From NCBI RefSeq assembly GCF_036507355.1, contig NZ_AP027877.1: a stretch of DNA of 64,000 bases; one strand, written 5' to 3'. Below, piece by piece: positions 10,924 to 20,449 of the stretch. The notes beneath the pieces are model-generated. The model was not told where the DNA came from, did no database searches, and saw only the letters and a list, made by a program, of their open reading frames with translations. This DNA comes from Escherichia coli (GTDB lineage Bacteria; Pseudomonadota; Gammaproteobacteria; Enterobacterales; Enterobacteriaceae). The position numbers and the translations under genes were made by a program. The stretch's first letter is position 1, and each line of letters opens with the position of its first letter.

Positions 10924-11100
10924 TTAGCGACAGACATCTTCTGTATGCAGCAAGGCAAAAAATTCTGTAACTCCATTGTTATTAACCGCATTGGTTACTA
11001 ACACGTTGTGCGCTCCGGCTTCCCGTAACCAACATTTCACCAAAGATATTTGTTCCATGCTGGCTAAATCTGCTTTGGTGACTACTCCAATGATCGGACG
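10924..11100 (-). pseudogene. Possible C-terminal remnant of a small P-loop GTPase (EutP/PduV-like)
   Basis: 58-codon fragment RPIIGVVTKADLASMEQISLVKCWLREAGAHNVLVTNAVNNNGVTEFFALLH with TKxD G4 motif, immediately preceded by an in-frame stop. Confidence 0.3.
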
Positions 11101-11281
11101 TTAACACGAGGAAGTCTGGCTATTCCACAATGCCATCTTCTTTCGTAATGGATTGAGAATGCTGGATTTTTAATTATATTACGCGCAGTATTAATCGCGT
11201 AAATGTTTTGTGGTCAGCAACGGTGGGGGATCCATTGTTCTGTTCAATGAATACCATCATACAATTGAATCAGGAGTCGGT

Positions 11282-11827
11282 ATGATGATTTTGGTGACAG
11301 GTGGAGCACGGAGCGGGAAGAGTCGCCACGCAGAGGCGCTTATTGGGGACTCTTCACAGGTTCTGTATATCGCCACCTCGCAAATCCTTGATGATGAGAT
11401 GGCTGCACGGATAGAACATCATCGGCAAGGCCGCCCGGCGCACTGGCACACAGTGGAGCGCTGGCAACATCTTGATGAATTAATTCATGCAGACATTAAC
11501 CCGCATGAGGCTGTGTTGCTGGAATGCGTTACAACAATGGTGACTAATCTGTTGTTTGATTATGGCGGCGATAAAGACCCTGATGAATGGGATTATCAGG
11601 CGATGGAACAGGCGATTAATGCTGAGATTCAGTCGTTGATTGCTGCCTGCCAACGTTGCCCCGCAAAGGTTGTATTAGTGACTAACGAAGTGGGAATGGG
11701 GATTGTGCCGGAGAGTCGTCTGGCACGTCATTTTCGTGATATTGCCGGGCGGGTAAATCAGCAGCTGGCCGCTGCGGCTAATGAAGTATGGCTGGTGGTT
11801 TCGGGTATTGGAGTAAAAATCAAATGA
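11282..11827 (+). CDS. cobU: Adenosylcobinamide kinase / guanylyltransferase
   Basis: 181 aa from [14 protein letters not shown] (P-loop); ATGA overlap with cobS. Confidence 0.95.
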   Translation: MMILVTGGARSGKSRHAEALIGDSSQVLYIATSQILDDEMAARIEHHRQGRPAHWHTVERWQHLDELIHADINPHEAVLLECVTTMVTNLLFDYGGDKDPDEWDYQAMEQAINAEIQSLIAACQRCPAKVVLVTNEVGMGIVPESRLARHFRDIAGRVNQQLAAAANEVWLVVSGIGVKIK

Positions 11828-12567
11828 GTAAATTATTTTGGGCGATGCTCTCATTTATTACGCGTCTGCCTGTACCGCGTCGCTGGTCCCAGGGACTGGA
11901 TTTCGAGCATTATTCTCGCGGTATTATTACTTTTCCTTTAATTGGATTATTGCTTGGCGCGATTAGCGGGCTGGTCTTCATGGTGCTGCAGGCATGGTGT
12001 GGCGTACCACTGGCGGCACTGTTTAGCGTACTTGTGCTGGCGCTGATGACCGGGGGATTCCACCTGGACGGCCTCGCCGATACCTGTGATGGCGTATTTT
12101 CTGCACGTAGCCGCGATCGCATGTTGGAAATCATGCGTGATAGCCGTTTAGGCACCCACGGCGGTCTGGCATTGATTTTTGTTGTACTGGCAAAAATTCT
12201 GGTGTTAAGCGAGTTGGCTCTGCGTGGCGAACCGATCCTTGCATCGCTGGCGGCAGCATGTGCGGTCAGCCGCGGGACTGCCGCATTATTGATGTATCGT
12301 CATCGTTATGCCCGGGAAGAAGGGCTTGGCAATGTATTCATTGGCAAAATTGATGGGCGACAAACCTGCGTCACACTCGGCTTGGCCGCTATTTTTGCTG
12401 CCGTATTATTGCCGGGTATGCATGGTGTGGCTGCTATGGTGGTGACGATGGTGGCGATTTTCATCCTCGGTCAGCTTCTCAAACGTACGCTGGGCGGGCA
12501 AACCGGCGATACGCTGGGAGCTGCTATAGAGCTTGGTGAACTGGTCTTCCTGCTGGCACTGCTATAA
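11824..12567 (+). CDS. cobS: Cobalamin synthase
   Basis: 247-aa membrane protein; operon position. Confidence 0.95.
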   Translation: MSKLFWAMLSFITRLPVPRRWSQGLDFEHYSRGIITFPLIGLLLGAISGLVFMVLQAWCGVPLAALFSVLVLALMTGGFHLDGLADTCDGVFSARSRDRMLEIMRDSRLGTHGGLALIFVVLAKILVLSELALRGEPILASLAAACAVSRGTAALLMYRHRYAREEGLGNVFIGKIDGRQTCVTLGLAAIFAAVLLPGMHGVAAMVVTMVAIFILGQLLKRTLGGQTGDTLGAAIELGELVFLLALL

Positions 12568-12578
12568 AGAGACGTGAC

Positions 12579-13658
12579 ATGCAAACACTTGCCGATTTAC
12601 TGAATACGATCCCTGCTATCGATCCTGCCGCTATGTCGCGTGCACAACGGCATATTGACGGGTTACTCAAACCTGTTGGTAGCCTTGGAAGGCTGGAGGC
12701 GCTTGCCATACAACTGGCAGGAATGCCGGGGTTGAATGGCATACCGCATGTGGGCAAAAAAGCGGTACTGGTTATGTGTGCCGATCACGGCGTCTGGGAG
12801 GAAGGGGTCGCTATTTCCCCAAAAGAAGTGACAGCCATTCAGGCTGAAAATATGACCCGCGGAACAACCGGCGTGTGTGTGCTGGCAGCACAAGCGGGCG
12901 CTAACGTCCACGTAGTTGATGTTGGTATTGATACTGCTGAGCCTATCCCCGGGCTTATCAACATGCGTGTCGCACGAGGTAGCGGCAATATTGCTTCAGC
13001 TCCGGCAATGAGTCGCCGTCAGGCTGAAAAGTTGCTTTTGGACGTCATATGTTATACGCGGGAGCTGGCAAAAAACGGTGTCACGCTGTTTGGTGTAGGT
13101 GAACTGGGGATGGCAAACACGACACCGGCAGCAGCAATAGTCAGCACAATCACTGGCCGGGATCCTGAAGAAGTGGTTGGGATTGGCGCAAACCTGCCGA
13201 CAGATAAACTGGCTAATAAAATTGATGTTGTGCGCCGGGCGATTACGTTGAATCAACCAAATCCGCAGGATGGCGTTGATGTTCTGGCAAAAGTGGGTGG
13301 ATTTGATTTGGTCGGAATGGCTGGCGTGATGTTAGGCGCTGCTTCCTGCGGTTTACCCGTGTTGCTGGATGGATTTCTTTCTTATGCTGCTGCGCTCGCA
13401 GCCTGCCAGATGTCTCCTGCAATCAAACCGTATCTCATTCCTTCTCACCTGTCGGCAGAAAAAGGGGCGCGTATAGCGCTGTCGCATTTGGGGCTGGAGC
13501 CTTATCTCAATATGGAGATGCGTTTAGGTGAGGGGAGTGGCGCAGCTCTGGCGATGCCCATCATCGAAGCTGCCTGTGCGATATATAACAACATGGGCGA
13601 ACTTGCTGCCAGTAATATTGTTCTACCGGGGAATACGACTTCTGATTTGAACAGTTAA
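12579..13658 (+). CDS. cobT: Nicotinate-nucleotide:dimethylbenzimidazole phosphoribosyltransferase
   Basis: 359-aa ORF recognised as CobT. Confidence 0.95.
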   Translation: MQTLADLLNTIPAIDPAAMSRAQRHIDGLLKPVGSLGRLEALAIQLAGMPGLNGIPHVGKKAVLVMCADHGVWEEGVAISPKEVTAIQAENMTRGTTGVCVLAAQAGANVHVVDVGIDTAEPIPGLINMRVARGSGNIASAPAMSRRQAEKLLLDVICYTRELAKNGVTLFGVGELGMANTTPAAAIVSTITGRDPEEVVGIGANLPTDKLANKIDVVRRAITLNQPNPQDGVDVLAKVGGFDLVGMAGVMLGAASCGLPVLLDGFLSYAAALAACQMSPAIKPYLIPSHLSAEKGARIALSHLGLEPYLNMEMRLGEGSGAALAMPIIEAACAIYNNMGELAASNIVLPGNTTSDLNS

Positions 13659-13722
13659 AAACGAAAAGTCTGATAAAAGCTATACTTAACGGATAGCTTT
13701 CGCGACTTAGGAAAGGGACATG

Positions 13723-14655
13723 ATGCGTCGTGTAAATATTCTTTGCTCATTTGCTCTGCTTTTTGCCAGCCATACTAGCCTGGCGGTAACTTATCCATTA
13801 CCTCCAGAGGGTAGCCGTTTGGTGGGGCAGTCGCTTACTGTAACTGTTCCTGATCACAATACCCAGCCGCTGGAGACTTTTGCCGCACAATACGGGCAAG
13901 GGTTAAGTAACATGCTGGAAGCGAATCCGGGCGCTGATGTTTTCTTGCCGAAGTCTGGCTCGCAACTCACCATTCCGCAGCAACTGATTTTGCCCGCCAC
14001 TGTTCGTAAAGGGATTGTGGTTAACGTCGCTGAGATGCGTCTTTATTACTACCCGCCAGACAGTAATACTGTGGAAGTCTTTCCTATTGGTATCGGCCAG
14101 GCTGGGCGAGAAACCCCGCGTAACTGGGTGACTACCGTTGAACGTAAACAAGAAGCTCCAACCTGGACGCCAACGCCGAACACTCGGCGCGAATATGCGA
14201 AACGAGGGGAGAGTTTGCCCGCATTTGTTCCTGCGGGGCCCGATAATCCCATGGGGCTGTACGCGATTTATATTGGCAGGTTGTACGCCATCCACGGTAC
14301 CAATGCCAATTTTGGTATTGGGCTCCGGGTAAGTCAGGGCTGTATTCGTCTGCGCAACGACGATATCAAATATCTGTTTGATAATGTTCCTGTAGGTACT
14401 CGTGTACAAATTATTGATCAGCCAGTGAAATACACCACTGAACCTGATGGCTCGAACTGGCTGGAAGTTCATGAGCCGCTGTCGCGCAATCGTGCAGAAT
14501 ATGAGTCTGACCGAAAAGTGCCATTGCCGGTAACCCCATCTTTGCGGGCGTTTATCAACGGGCAAGAAGTTGATGTAAATCGCGCAAATGCTGCGTTGCA
14601 ACGTCGATCGGGAATGCCTGTGCAAATTAGTTCTGGTTCAAGACAGATGTTTTAA
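13723..14655 (+). CDS. ldtA: L,D-transpeptidase (ErfK)
   Basis: Signal peptide, YkuD-type domain with catalytic HGT...SQGCIRL motif. Confidence 0.9.
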   Translation: MRRVNILCSFALLFASHTSLAVTYPLPPEGSRLVGQSLTVTVPDHNTQPLETFAAQYGQGLSNMLEANPGADVFLPKSGSQLTIPQQLILPATVRKGIVVNVAEMRLYYYPPDSNTVEVFPIGIGQAGRETPRNWVTTVERKQEAPTWTPTPNTRREYAKRGESLPAFVPAGPDNPMGLYAIYIGRLYAIHGTNANFGIGLRVSQGCIRLRNDDIKYLFDNVPVGTRVQIIDQPVKYTTEPDGSNWLEVHEPLSRNRAEYESDRKVPLPVTPSLRAFINGQEVDVNRANAALQRRSGMPVQISSGSRQMF

Positions 14656-14710
14656 GAGCGTTGGTAATTAGAAAGCAAAAAGCCTGCTAGAAAGCAGGCT
14701 TTTTTGAATT

Positions 14711-14786
14711 TGGCTCCTCTGACTGGACTCGAACCAGTGACATACGGATTAACAGTCCGCCGTTCTACCGACTGAACTACAGAGGA
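14711..14786 (-). tRNA. asnV: tRNA-Asn (GUU)
   Basis: 76-nt exact tRNA-Asn sequence (reverse complement), ends in CCA. Confidence 0.97.
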
Positions 14787-15040
14787 ATCGTGTGAACGGG
14801 GCGCATATTAATGGCAGTGCATGGTGATGTCAAAGGGTGAAATGCATTTTTTTGTTTGTTTGCTGTCAATTTCAACAAAGTGGTGAGCTTTCAATCTTAT
14901 TGGCAATGAACCATCGTGGTGCATACCCTCCTTTTATTGGGCAGGGGAACGCGACTGCTGATAAAAAGTACCTATGACGAATCTATCATAATCTCTTATT
15001 TGACAGTTGGTTAGCTTGTACATCAACGCCAAAGCAAAAC

Positions 15041-15056
15041 TGGCAAGCATCTTGCA
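15041..15056 (+). promoter_or_regulatory. Sigma-54 promoter of nac
   Basis: TGGCAagcatcTTGCA matches -24 GG / -12 GC spacing, 55 bp upstream of nac start. Confidence 0.6.
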
Positions 15057-15111
15057 GTCTGGTTGTAAGTAATGGCGGCACTTGGGCCGATTCTCAAAAA
15101 CCGGAGGCAAC

Positions 15112-16029
15112 ATGAACTTCAGACGCCTGAAATACTTCGTAAAAATTGTAGATATTGGTAGCCTGACTCAGGCTGCTGAAGTATTGCATATCGCACAACC
15201 AGCGCTCAGCCAGCAGGTTGCCACACTGGAAGGTGAGTTAAATCAACAACTTTTGATTCGCACAAAACGGGGCGTTACGCCAACAGACGCCGGAAAAATT
15301 CTCTATACCCATGCGCGGGCCATTTTACGTCAGTGTGAGCAGGCCCAACTGGCGGTGCATAACGTTGGTCAGGCATTATCGGGGCAAGTCTCGATTGGCT
15401 TTGCGCCAGGAACCGCTGCGTCATCTATCACCATGCCCTTATTACAAGCGGTTCGCGCTGAATTCCCGGAGATCGTTATCTATCTTCATGAAAATAGCGG
15501 TGCAGTGCTTAACGAAAAACTGATAAATCACCAACTCGATATGGCGGTGATTTATGAGCATTCCCCTGTGGCTGGTGTATCCAGTCAGGCTTTGCTGAAA
15601 GAAGAGCTTTTCCTGGTAGGAACTCAAGATTGCCCGGGGCAAAGCGTTGATGTTAATGCTATTGCGCAAATGAACCTCTTTCTCCCCAGTGATTACAGTG
15701 CTGTTAGACTTCGTGTTGATGAGGCGTTTTCCCTACGGCGACTCACGGCGAAAGTCATTGGTGAAATTGAGTCTATTGCCACGCTTACCGCAGCGATTGC
15801 CAGCGGCATGGGCGTTGCAGTATTACCCGAATCGGCCGCGCGTTCGTTATGTGGCGCAGTAAATGGGTGGATGTCACGCATTACCACGCCTTCCATGAGT
15901 CTCTCTTTGTCATTAAATTTACCCGCCAGAGCGAACTTATCGCCACAGGCACAGGCAGTGAAAGAGTTGTTAATGTCAGTGATTAGTTCTCCAGTGATGG
16001 AAAAAAGGCAGTGGCAATTGGTGTGCTAA
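15112..16029 (+). CDS. nac: Nitrogen assimilation control protein (LysR family)
   Basis: 305 aa from MNFRRLKYF with N-terminal HTH; SD ggagg upstream. Confidence 0.95.
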   Translation: MNFRRLKYFVKIVDIGSLTQAAEVLHIAQPALSQQVATLEGELNQQLLIRTKRGVTPTDAGKILYTHARAILRQCEQAQLAVHNVGQALSGQVSIGFAPGTAASSITMPLLQAVRAEFPEIVIYLHENSGAVLNEKLINHQLDMAVIYEHSPVAGVSSQALLKEELFLVGTQDCPGQSVDVNAIAQMNLFLPSDYSAVRLRVDEAFSLRRLTAKVIGEIESIATLTAAIASGMGVAVLPESAARSLCGAVNGWMSRITTPSMSLSLSLNLPARANLSPQAQAVKELLMSVISSPVMEKRQWQLVC

Positions 16030-16130
16030 GCGTTATATCGGGATGGAATAAGATGCGGGTTTTTATTATTTGTTATGCCGGGCGTTAGACTTTAACAATA
16101 ACGGGATATCAGAACTGCCCGGAGTTTACC

Positions 16131-17081
16131 GTGAATTTCCAACAACTAAAGATAATCCGCGAAGCTGCACGTCAGGATTACAACCTGACAGAGGTTGCGA
16201 ATATGCTTTTTACCTCACAGTCAGGCGTCAGCCGTCATATTCGGGAACTGGAGGATGAGCTTGGCATCGAAATATTTGTTCGACGAGGTAAGCGACTGCT
16301 GGGCATGACTGAACCGGGCAAAGCATTACTGGTCATTGCAGAACGTATTCTGAATGAAGCCAGTAATGTTCGTCGGCTTGCAGACCTGTTTACCAACGAT
16401 ACGTCTGGCGTTCTCACTATTGCAACGACGCATACTCAGGCACGTTATAGCTTGCCAGAGGTCATTAAAGCTTTTCGCGAACTTTTCCCGGAGGTTCGGC
16501 TCGAGCTAATCCAGGGGACGCCACAGGAAATTGCGACGTTGTTGCAAAATGGTGAAGCTGATATTGGTATCGCCAGCGAGCGTTTGAGTAATGACCCGCA
16601 GCTCGTCGCCTTCCCGTGGTTTCGTTGGCACCATAGTTTGCTTGTTCCACTCGATCATCCCTTGACGCAAATTACACCATTGACGCTGGAATCAATAGCG
16701 AAGTGGCCATTAATCACTTACCGACAGGGTATTACGGGGCGCTCACGCATTGATGACGCATTTGCCCGCAAAGGTTTGCTGGCAGATATTGTATTAAGTG
16801 CGCAGGATTCTGATGTCATTAAAACCTATGTTGCTCTTGGGCTTGGGATCGGAATAGTTGCCGAACAATCCAGCGGCGAACAAGAGGAAGAGAATTTAAT
16901 CCGCCTGGATACGCGGCATCTTTTCGATGCTAATACTGTCTGGTTGGGACTGAAGCGAGGACAACTTCAGCGTAACTATGTCTGGCGCTTTCTGGAACTT
17001 TGTAATGCAGGACTGTCAGTTGAGGATATCAAGCAGCAGGTGATGGAAAACAGTGAAGAGGAAATTGATTATCAGATATAG
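16131..17081 (+). CDS. cbl: CysB-like LysR-family regulator
   Basis: 316 aa, GTG start, N-terminal HTH; followed by stem-loop terminator. Confidence 0.9.
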   Translation: MNFQQLKIIREAARQDYNLTEVANMLFTSQSGVSRHIRELEDELGIEIFVRRGKRLLGMTEPGKALLVIAERILNEASNVRRLADLFTNDTSGVLTIATTHTQARYSLPEVIKAFRELFPEVRLELIQGTPQEIATLLQNGEADIGIASERLSNDPQLVAFPWFRWHHSLLVPLDHPLTQITPLTLESIAKWPLITYRQGITGRSRIDDAFARKGLLADIVLSAQDSDVIKTYVALGLGIGIVAEQSSGEQEEENLIRLDTRHLFDANTVWLGLKRGQLQRNYVWRFLELCNAGLSVEDIKQQVMENSEEEIDYQI

Positions 17082-17113
17082 CAAAAAGCCCGCTATAAAA
17101 GCGGGCTTTTCAG

Positions 17114-17135
17114 AAATCTGGCTCCTCTGACTGGA
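17114..17135. repeat. attL of asnU island: 22-nt direct repeat containing the tRNA-Asn 3' end
   Basis: aaatctggctcctctgactgga identical to 25212..25233; the tRNA body does not continue here. Confidence 0.8.
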
Positions 17136-17239
17136 TGCGGATTTTGTTGTAGTTTATTGAATTTAAATGATTTTTATGAGTAGAATAAAAATAAGGCCCT
17201 TAGAAAGGCCCCTCAGATATTTTTGCTTAAAAAGATGAT

Positions 17240-17500
17240 GTAAGTCACATTTTCAGGGGCTGTTACCTGGAGGTCTTAAAACCAACGAGAGGTCGTCATT
17301 CCTGGCGTATAGCGGGAATGCACCAGACATACAGAAACAGGGACTTGCACCAGCTTTAATATAGCTGGCTGCACCAGATCCTGGCGCTGCAAAAGTCCAT
17401 GATTGCGCCAGATTCTGAGGGATTACATCGATCTGAGCCAGAGTTGTCCCTTTGGGTTATAGCCTTTTCAGGTCAGGTGCTGTTACCCTTAGCTGGCCTT
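17240..17500 (+). ncRNA. Structured ORF-free leader upstream of the reverse transcriptase (candidate RT-associated ncRNA)
   Basis: Nested inverted repeats at 17341..17398, three copies of tgcaccag, direct repeat ttttcagg..gctgttacc at 17250 and 17465; no convincing ORF. Confidence 0.25.
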
Positions 17501-17793
17501 TACCCTTTTCCTTTTGACCGTCGGCTATGTGCCAAAAGCGGAATTCCAGTGGTTCTAGAAAAGCTATCATTCCATGGTCAAATTTTGTCGATCACTGCAC
17601 TTATGGAACCGCCATAACATAGGTAGATAGTTGAAGATAGCTAGAACGATGATAGATGATTTTCTTTACAGGGCTGACTTCTAGTCTATCTCATGTAATA
17701 CTCTATATTATATCTAATGTACAATATTAATAGCATTGTGATGTATCGACAACATGGATAGTCCACTGCTATTAAAACTATAATGACATTTAA

Positions 17794-18826
17794 TTGAGAA
17801 ATATAAAAATGACTCTATTAGAAAAATTGTTATCAAAAGGATACTTTCCTAAAGAAGCTCTCCCTCCTTTCTCTACGGAAAAATATGCACGCGCAATTGT
17901 GAATGGATACGATAATCTTCCCCAATTATTTAGAACCGGAAAATTCATAAGTAAGTGCGCTATTCATAATATTTCCAGAAAAGGTACATTACGGAGAAAA
18001 CTTGGAATACCTAATCCCATCAACTTCTTTAGATTAAGTGAGGCAATAACTGAAAATTGGTACGATATATATGAATGCGCAAGTGAATCAACAATATCGT
18101 TGACAACTCCAGACCCTGCCAGCAATGGCGGAAGAGCATTCAACCCAAAGCATTCATTAAATGAGCTTCCAGATATTCATGCAAAACTTAGAAGTAAACA
18201 TAAATATATACTTAAAACCGATATAAGCAGATTTTACCACTCAATATACACTCATAGTATTGCATGGACTTACCATACAAAAGATATTTCAAAAAGAAAC
18301 AGAAGCAATAGTTTATTTGGCAATGTATTAGACAAGCATTCGCAAGATTCGCAAGATGGACAAACAATAGGGCTCCCCATTGGTCCAGATACATCACTTA
18401 TCATAGCAGAGTCTCTGTTATCAAATATTGATCTTAAGCTTAGCGAAAAAGGCATTAGCAATGGCTTACGTTATATAGATGATTATTTCCTAGGGTTCAA
18501 TACAATTGGGGAAGCAGAATCTGCATTAACAATAATGCAGGAACTGTTAAACGAATATGAGTTAGCATTGAACCCCTTGAAAACAGAAATCATACAATTA
18601 CCAATTGAATTCGAGCCATTAGCAATTTCAGAACTAAGGGCATTTTCATTTAGAGATACAGCTGGCGGTCAGAAATCAGATTTAATGCATTATTTCAACA
18701 TAGCTTTCAAGGCAGCAAAAGATTTACCAACGGAACCAATATTAAAATATGCAGTATCAAGGACATTTGAAGTAAATGTTACTGCTGAAAACTATCCTGT
18801 TTTTGAAAATTTTATATTACAATGTG
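17794..18826 (+). pseudogene. Reverse transcriptase (stand-alone UG/DRT-like), 5' portion, interrupted by IS1
   Basis: RT motifs in order: RKLGIPNP (fingers), KTDISRFYHSI (motif A), GLPIGPDTSLIIAE (B'), LRYIDDYFLG (C, YxDD); TTG at 17794 or ATG at 17809; ORF runs into IS1. Confidence 0.8.
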
Positions 18827-18881
18827 GGTGATGCTGCCAACTTACTGATTTAGTGTATGATGGTGTTTTTGAGGTGCTCCA

Positions 18882-19157
18882 GTGGCTTCTGTTTCTATCA
18901 GCTGTCCCTCCTGTTCAGCTACTGACGGGGTGGTGCGTAACGGCAAAAGCACCGCCGGACATCAGCGCTATCTCTGCTCTCACTGTCGTAAAACATGGCA
19001 ACTGCAGTTCACTTACACCGCTTCTCAACCCGGTACGCACCAGAAAATCATTGATATGGCCATGAATGGCGTTGGATGCCGGGCAACAGCCCGCATTATG
19101 GGCGTTGGCCTCAACACGATTTTACGTCACTTAAAAAACTCAGGCCGCAGTCGGTAA
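18882..19157 (+). CDS. insA: IS1 protein InsA
   Basis: 91-aa ORF inside IS1. Confidence 0.95.
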
Positions 19158-19579
19158 CCTCGCGCATACAGCCGGGCAGTGACGTCATCGTCTGCGCGGA
19201 AATGGACGAACAGTGGGGCTATGTCGGGGCTAAATCGCGCCAGCGCTGGCTGTTTTACGCGTATGACAGGCTCCGGAAGACGGTTGTTGCGCACGTATTC
19301 GGTGAACGCACGATGGCGACGCTGGGGCGTCTTATGAGCCTGCTGTCACCCTTTGACGTGGTGATATGGATGACGGATGGCTGGCCGCTGTATGAATCCC
19401 GCCTGAAGGGAAAGCTGCACGTAATCAGCAAGCGATATACGCAGCGAATTGAGCGGCATAACCTGAATCTGAGGCAGCACCTGGCACGGCTGGGACGGAA
19501 GTCGCTGTCGTTCTCAAAATCGGTGGAGCTGCATGACAAAGTCATCGGGCATTATCTGAACATAAAACACTATCAATAA
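19076..19579 (+). CDS. insB: IS1 transposase InsB reading frame (made as InsAB' by frameshift)
   Basis: 167-aa ORF overlapping insA in the -1 frame. Confidence 0.9.
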
Positions 19580-19603
19580 GTTGGAGTCATTACCTACAAT
19601 GTG

Positions 19604-19881
19604 TTACAGCTGACAGTAGCACATTAAAATACACCGTCAATCAGCTTATAAAATACAAAAGAATAGGTTATGTTCAGAACGTTGAGAACATTTCGCATAT
19701 TTTGAGACAATTAGCAATAACTGAAAGCTCACTTGGCCATGGACACGAAGTTGCTTATTGCCTATGGCTTTATTTGATACTACGCATCCCCATACCAGAA
19801 GTCGTCGTTAAAAATGTGGTACCAATGAGAGATCCATTTGTTGCAATTTTGTTATGCGATTGCAGGCAAAAAACCTCATGA
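19604..19881 (+). pseudogene. Reverse transcriptase, 3' portion (C-terminal 92 codons)
   Basis: Reading frame of 17794..18826 resumes after IS1 minus one TSD copy and stays open to TGA at 19879..19881 (translated by hand). Confidence 0.7.
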
Positions 19882-20171
19882 CTTTTATACCTGATTTCTC
19901 AATTTATGAGCAAATGATGGTGATGGAAGAGCTATCGGGCGATATGTAGATTTTTGTCTATGAGATGCTTGCAAAAGGATGGTTTCAACCATTATCAAAC
20001 CAAAATCCAATTAGTCAAAATGAGTGTTATAGGTTCCTATTGAATTCAGGTGTTTTTTTCTATAATGAACATCTCTCATTAACTATTATGGCTGAAAGTC
20101 CAATTGATACAGATGGCTCGGCAGAGGGATTCAGTGGTTGAAATTAAAAATTATCTGTAAATAACTAACCC

Positions 20172-20201
20172 CCCTCCCTTTAATTTAATATTAAGGGAGG
20201 G
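20172..20201 (+). terminator. Stem-loop terminator downstream of RT region
   Basis: ccctccctt / aagggaggg inverted repeat with 12-nt loop, followed by ttgtgtttcg. Confidence 0.5.
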
Positions 20202-20449
20202 TTGTGTTTCGATATACATATATGGGCTTTGGTGAATAAATCAGATTTGGGATAAACATCCCTGGAGACAGTTGCAGCTGTCAGGTAATACGCACGCTTT
20301 TTGCTCAGAACCCCATCAATGCGCCGCCAGCACTTTTGCAGCCAGCCCAGTCGGGTTACGCCGTCTGGACTCCCAACTTTTGATGATATCGACGCTGGTT
20401 CCTTAGGGTTATTGCGTAACGATTTATTCTGCGCCAGTCATGAAAGCCG

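Larger units (their letters stand above)
18827..19594 (+). mobile_element. IS1 (768 bp) with 9-bp target-site duplication TACAATGTG
   Basis: Starts GGTGATGCTGCCAACTTACTGAT and ends AAGTTGGAGTCATTACC; TSD at 18818..18826 and 19595..19603. Confidence 0.97.

Noticed and set aside
10870-11281. Cobalamin riboswitch upstream of cobU
   Set aside because: No recognisable B12-box; E. coli cobUST is not known to be riboswitch-controlled.
13903-14625. Long antisense ORFs inside well-supported genes (for example 240 aa opposite ldtA, 186 aa opposite dcm at 48240..48800, 210 aa opposite fliM at 59347..59979, 159 aa opposite fliK at 61373..61852)
   Set aside because: They fully overlap recognised genes on the opposite strand, have no SD or recognisable domains, and are typical of GC-rich antisense frames.
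17399-17617. 72-codon ORF inside the RT leader region
   Set aside because: No SD, low-complexity improbable sequence, and it overlaps the structured repeats. Treated as part of a candidate ncRNA leader, not a protein.
19882-20171. Short ORFs (11, 27 and 17 codons) between the RT stop and the terminator at 20172
   Set aside because: No SD sequences and no recognisable features; more likely a 3' UTR. Left open as part of the RT locus rather than called as genes.
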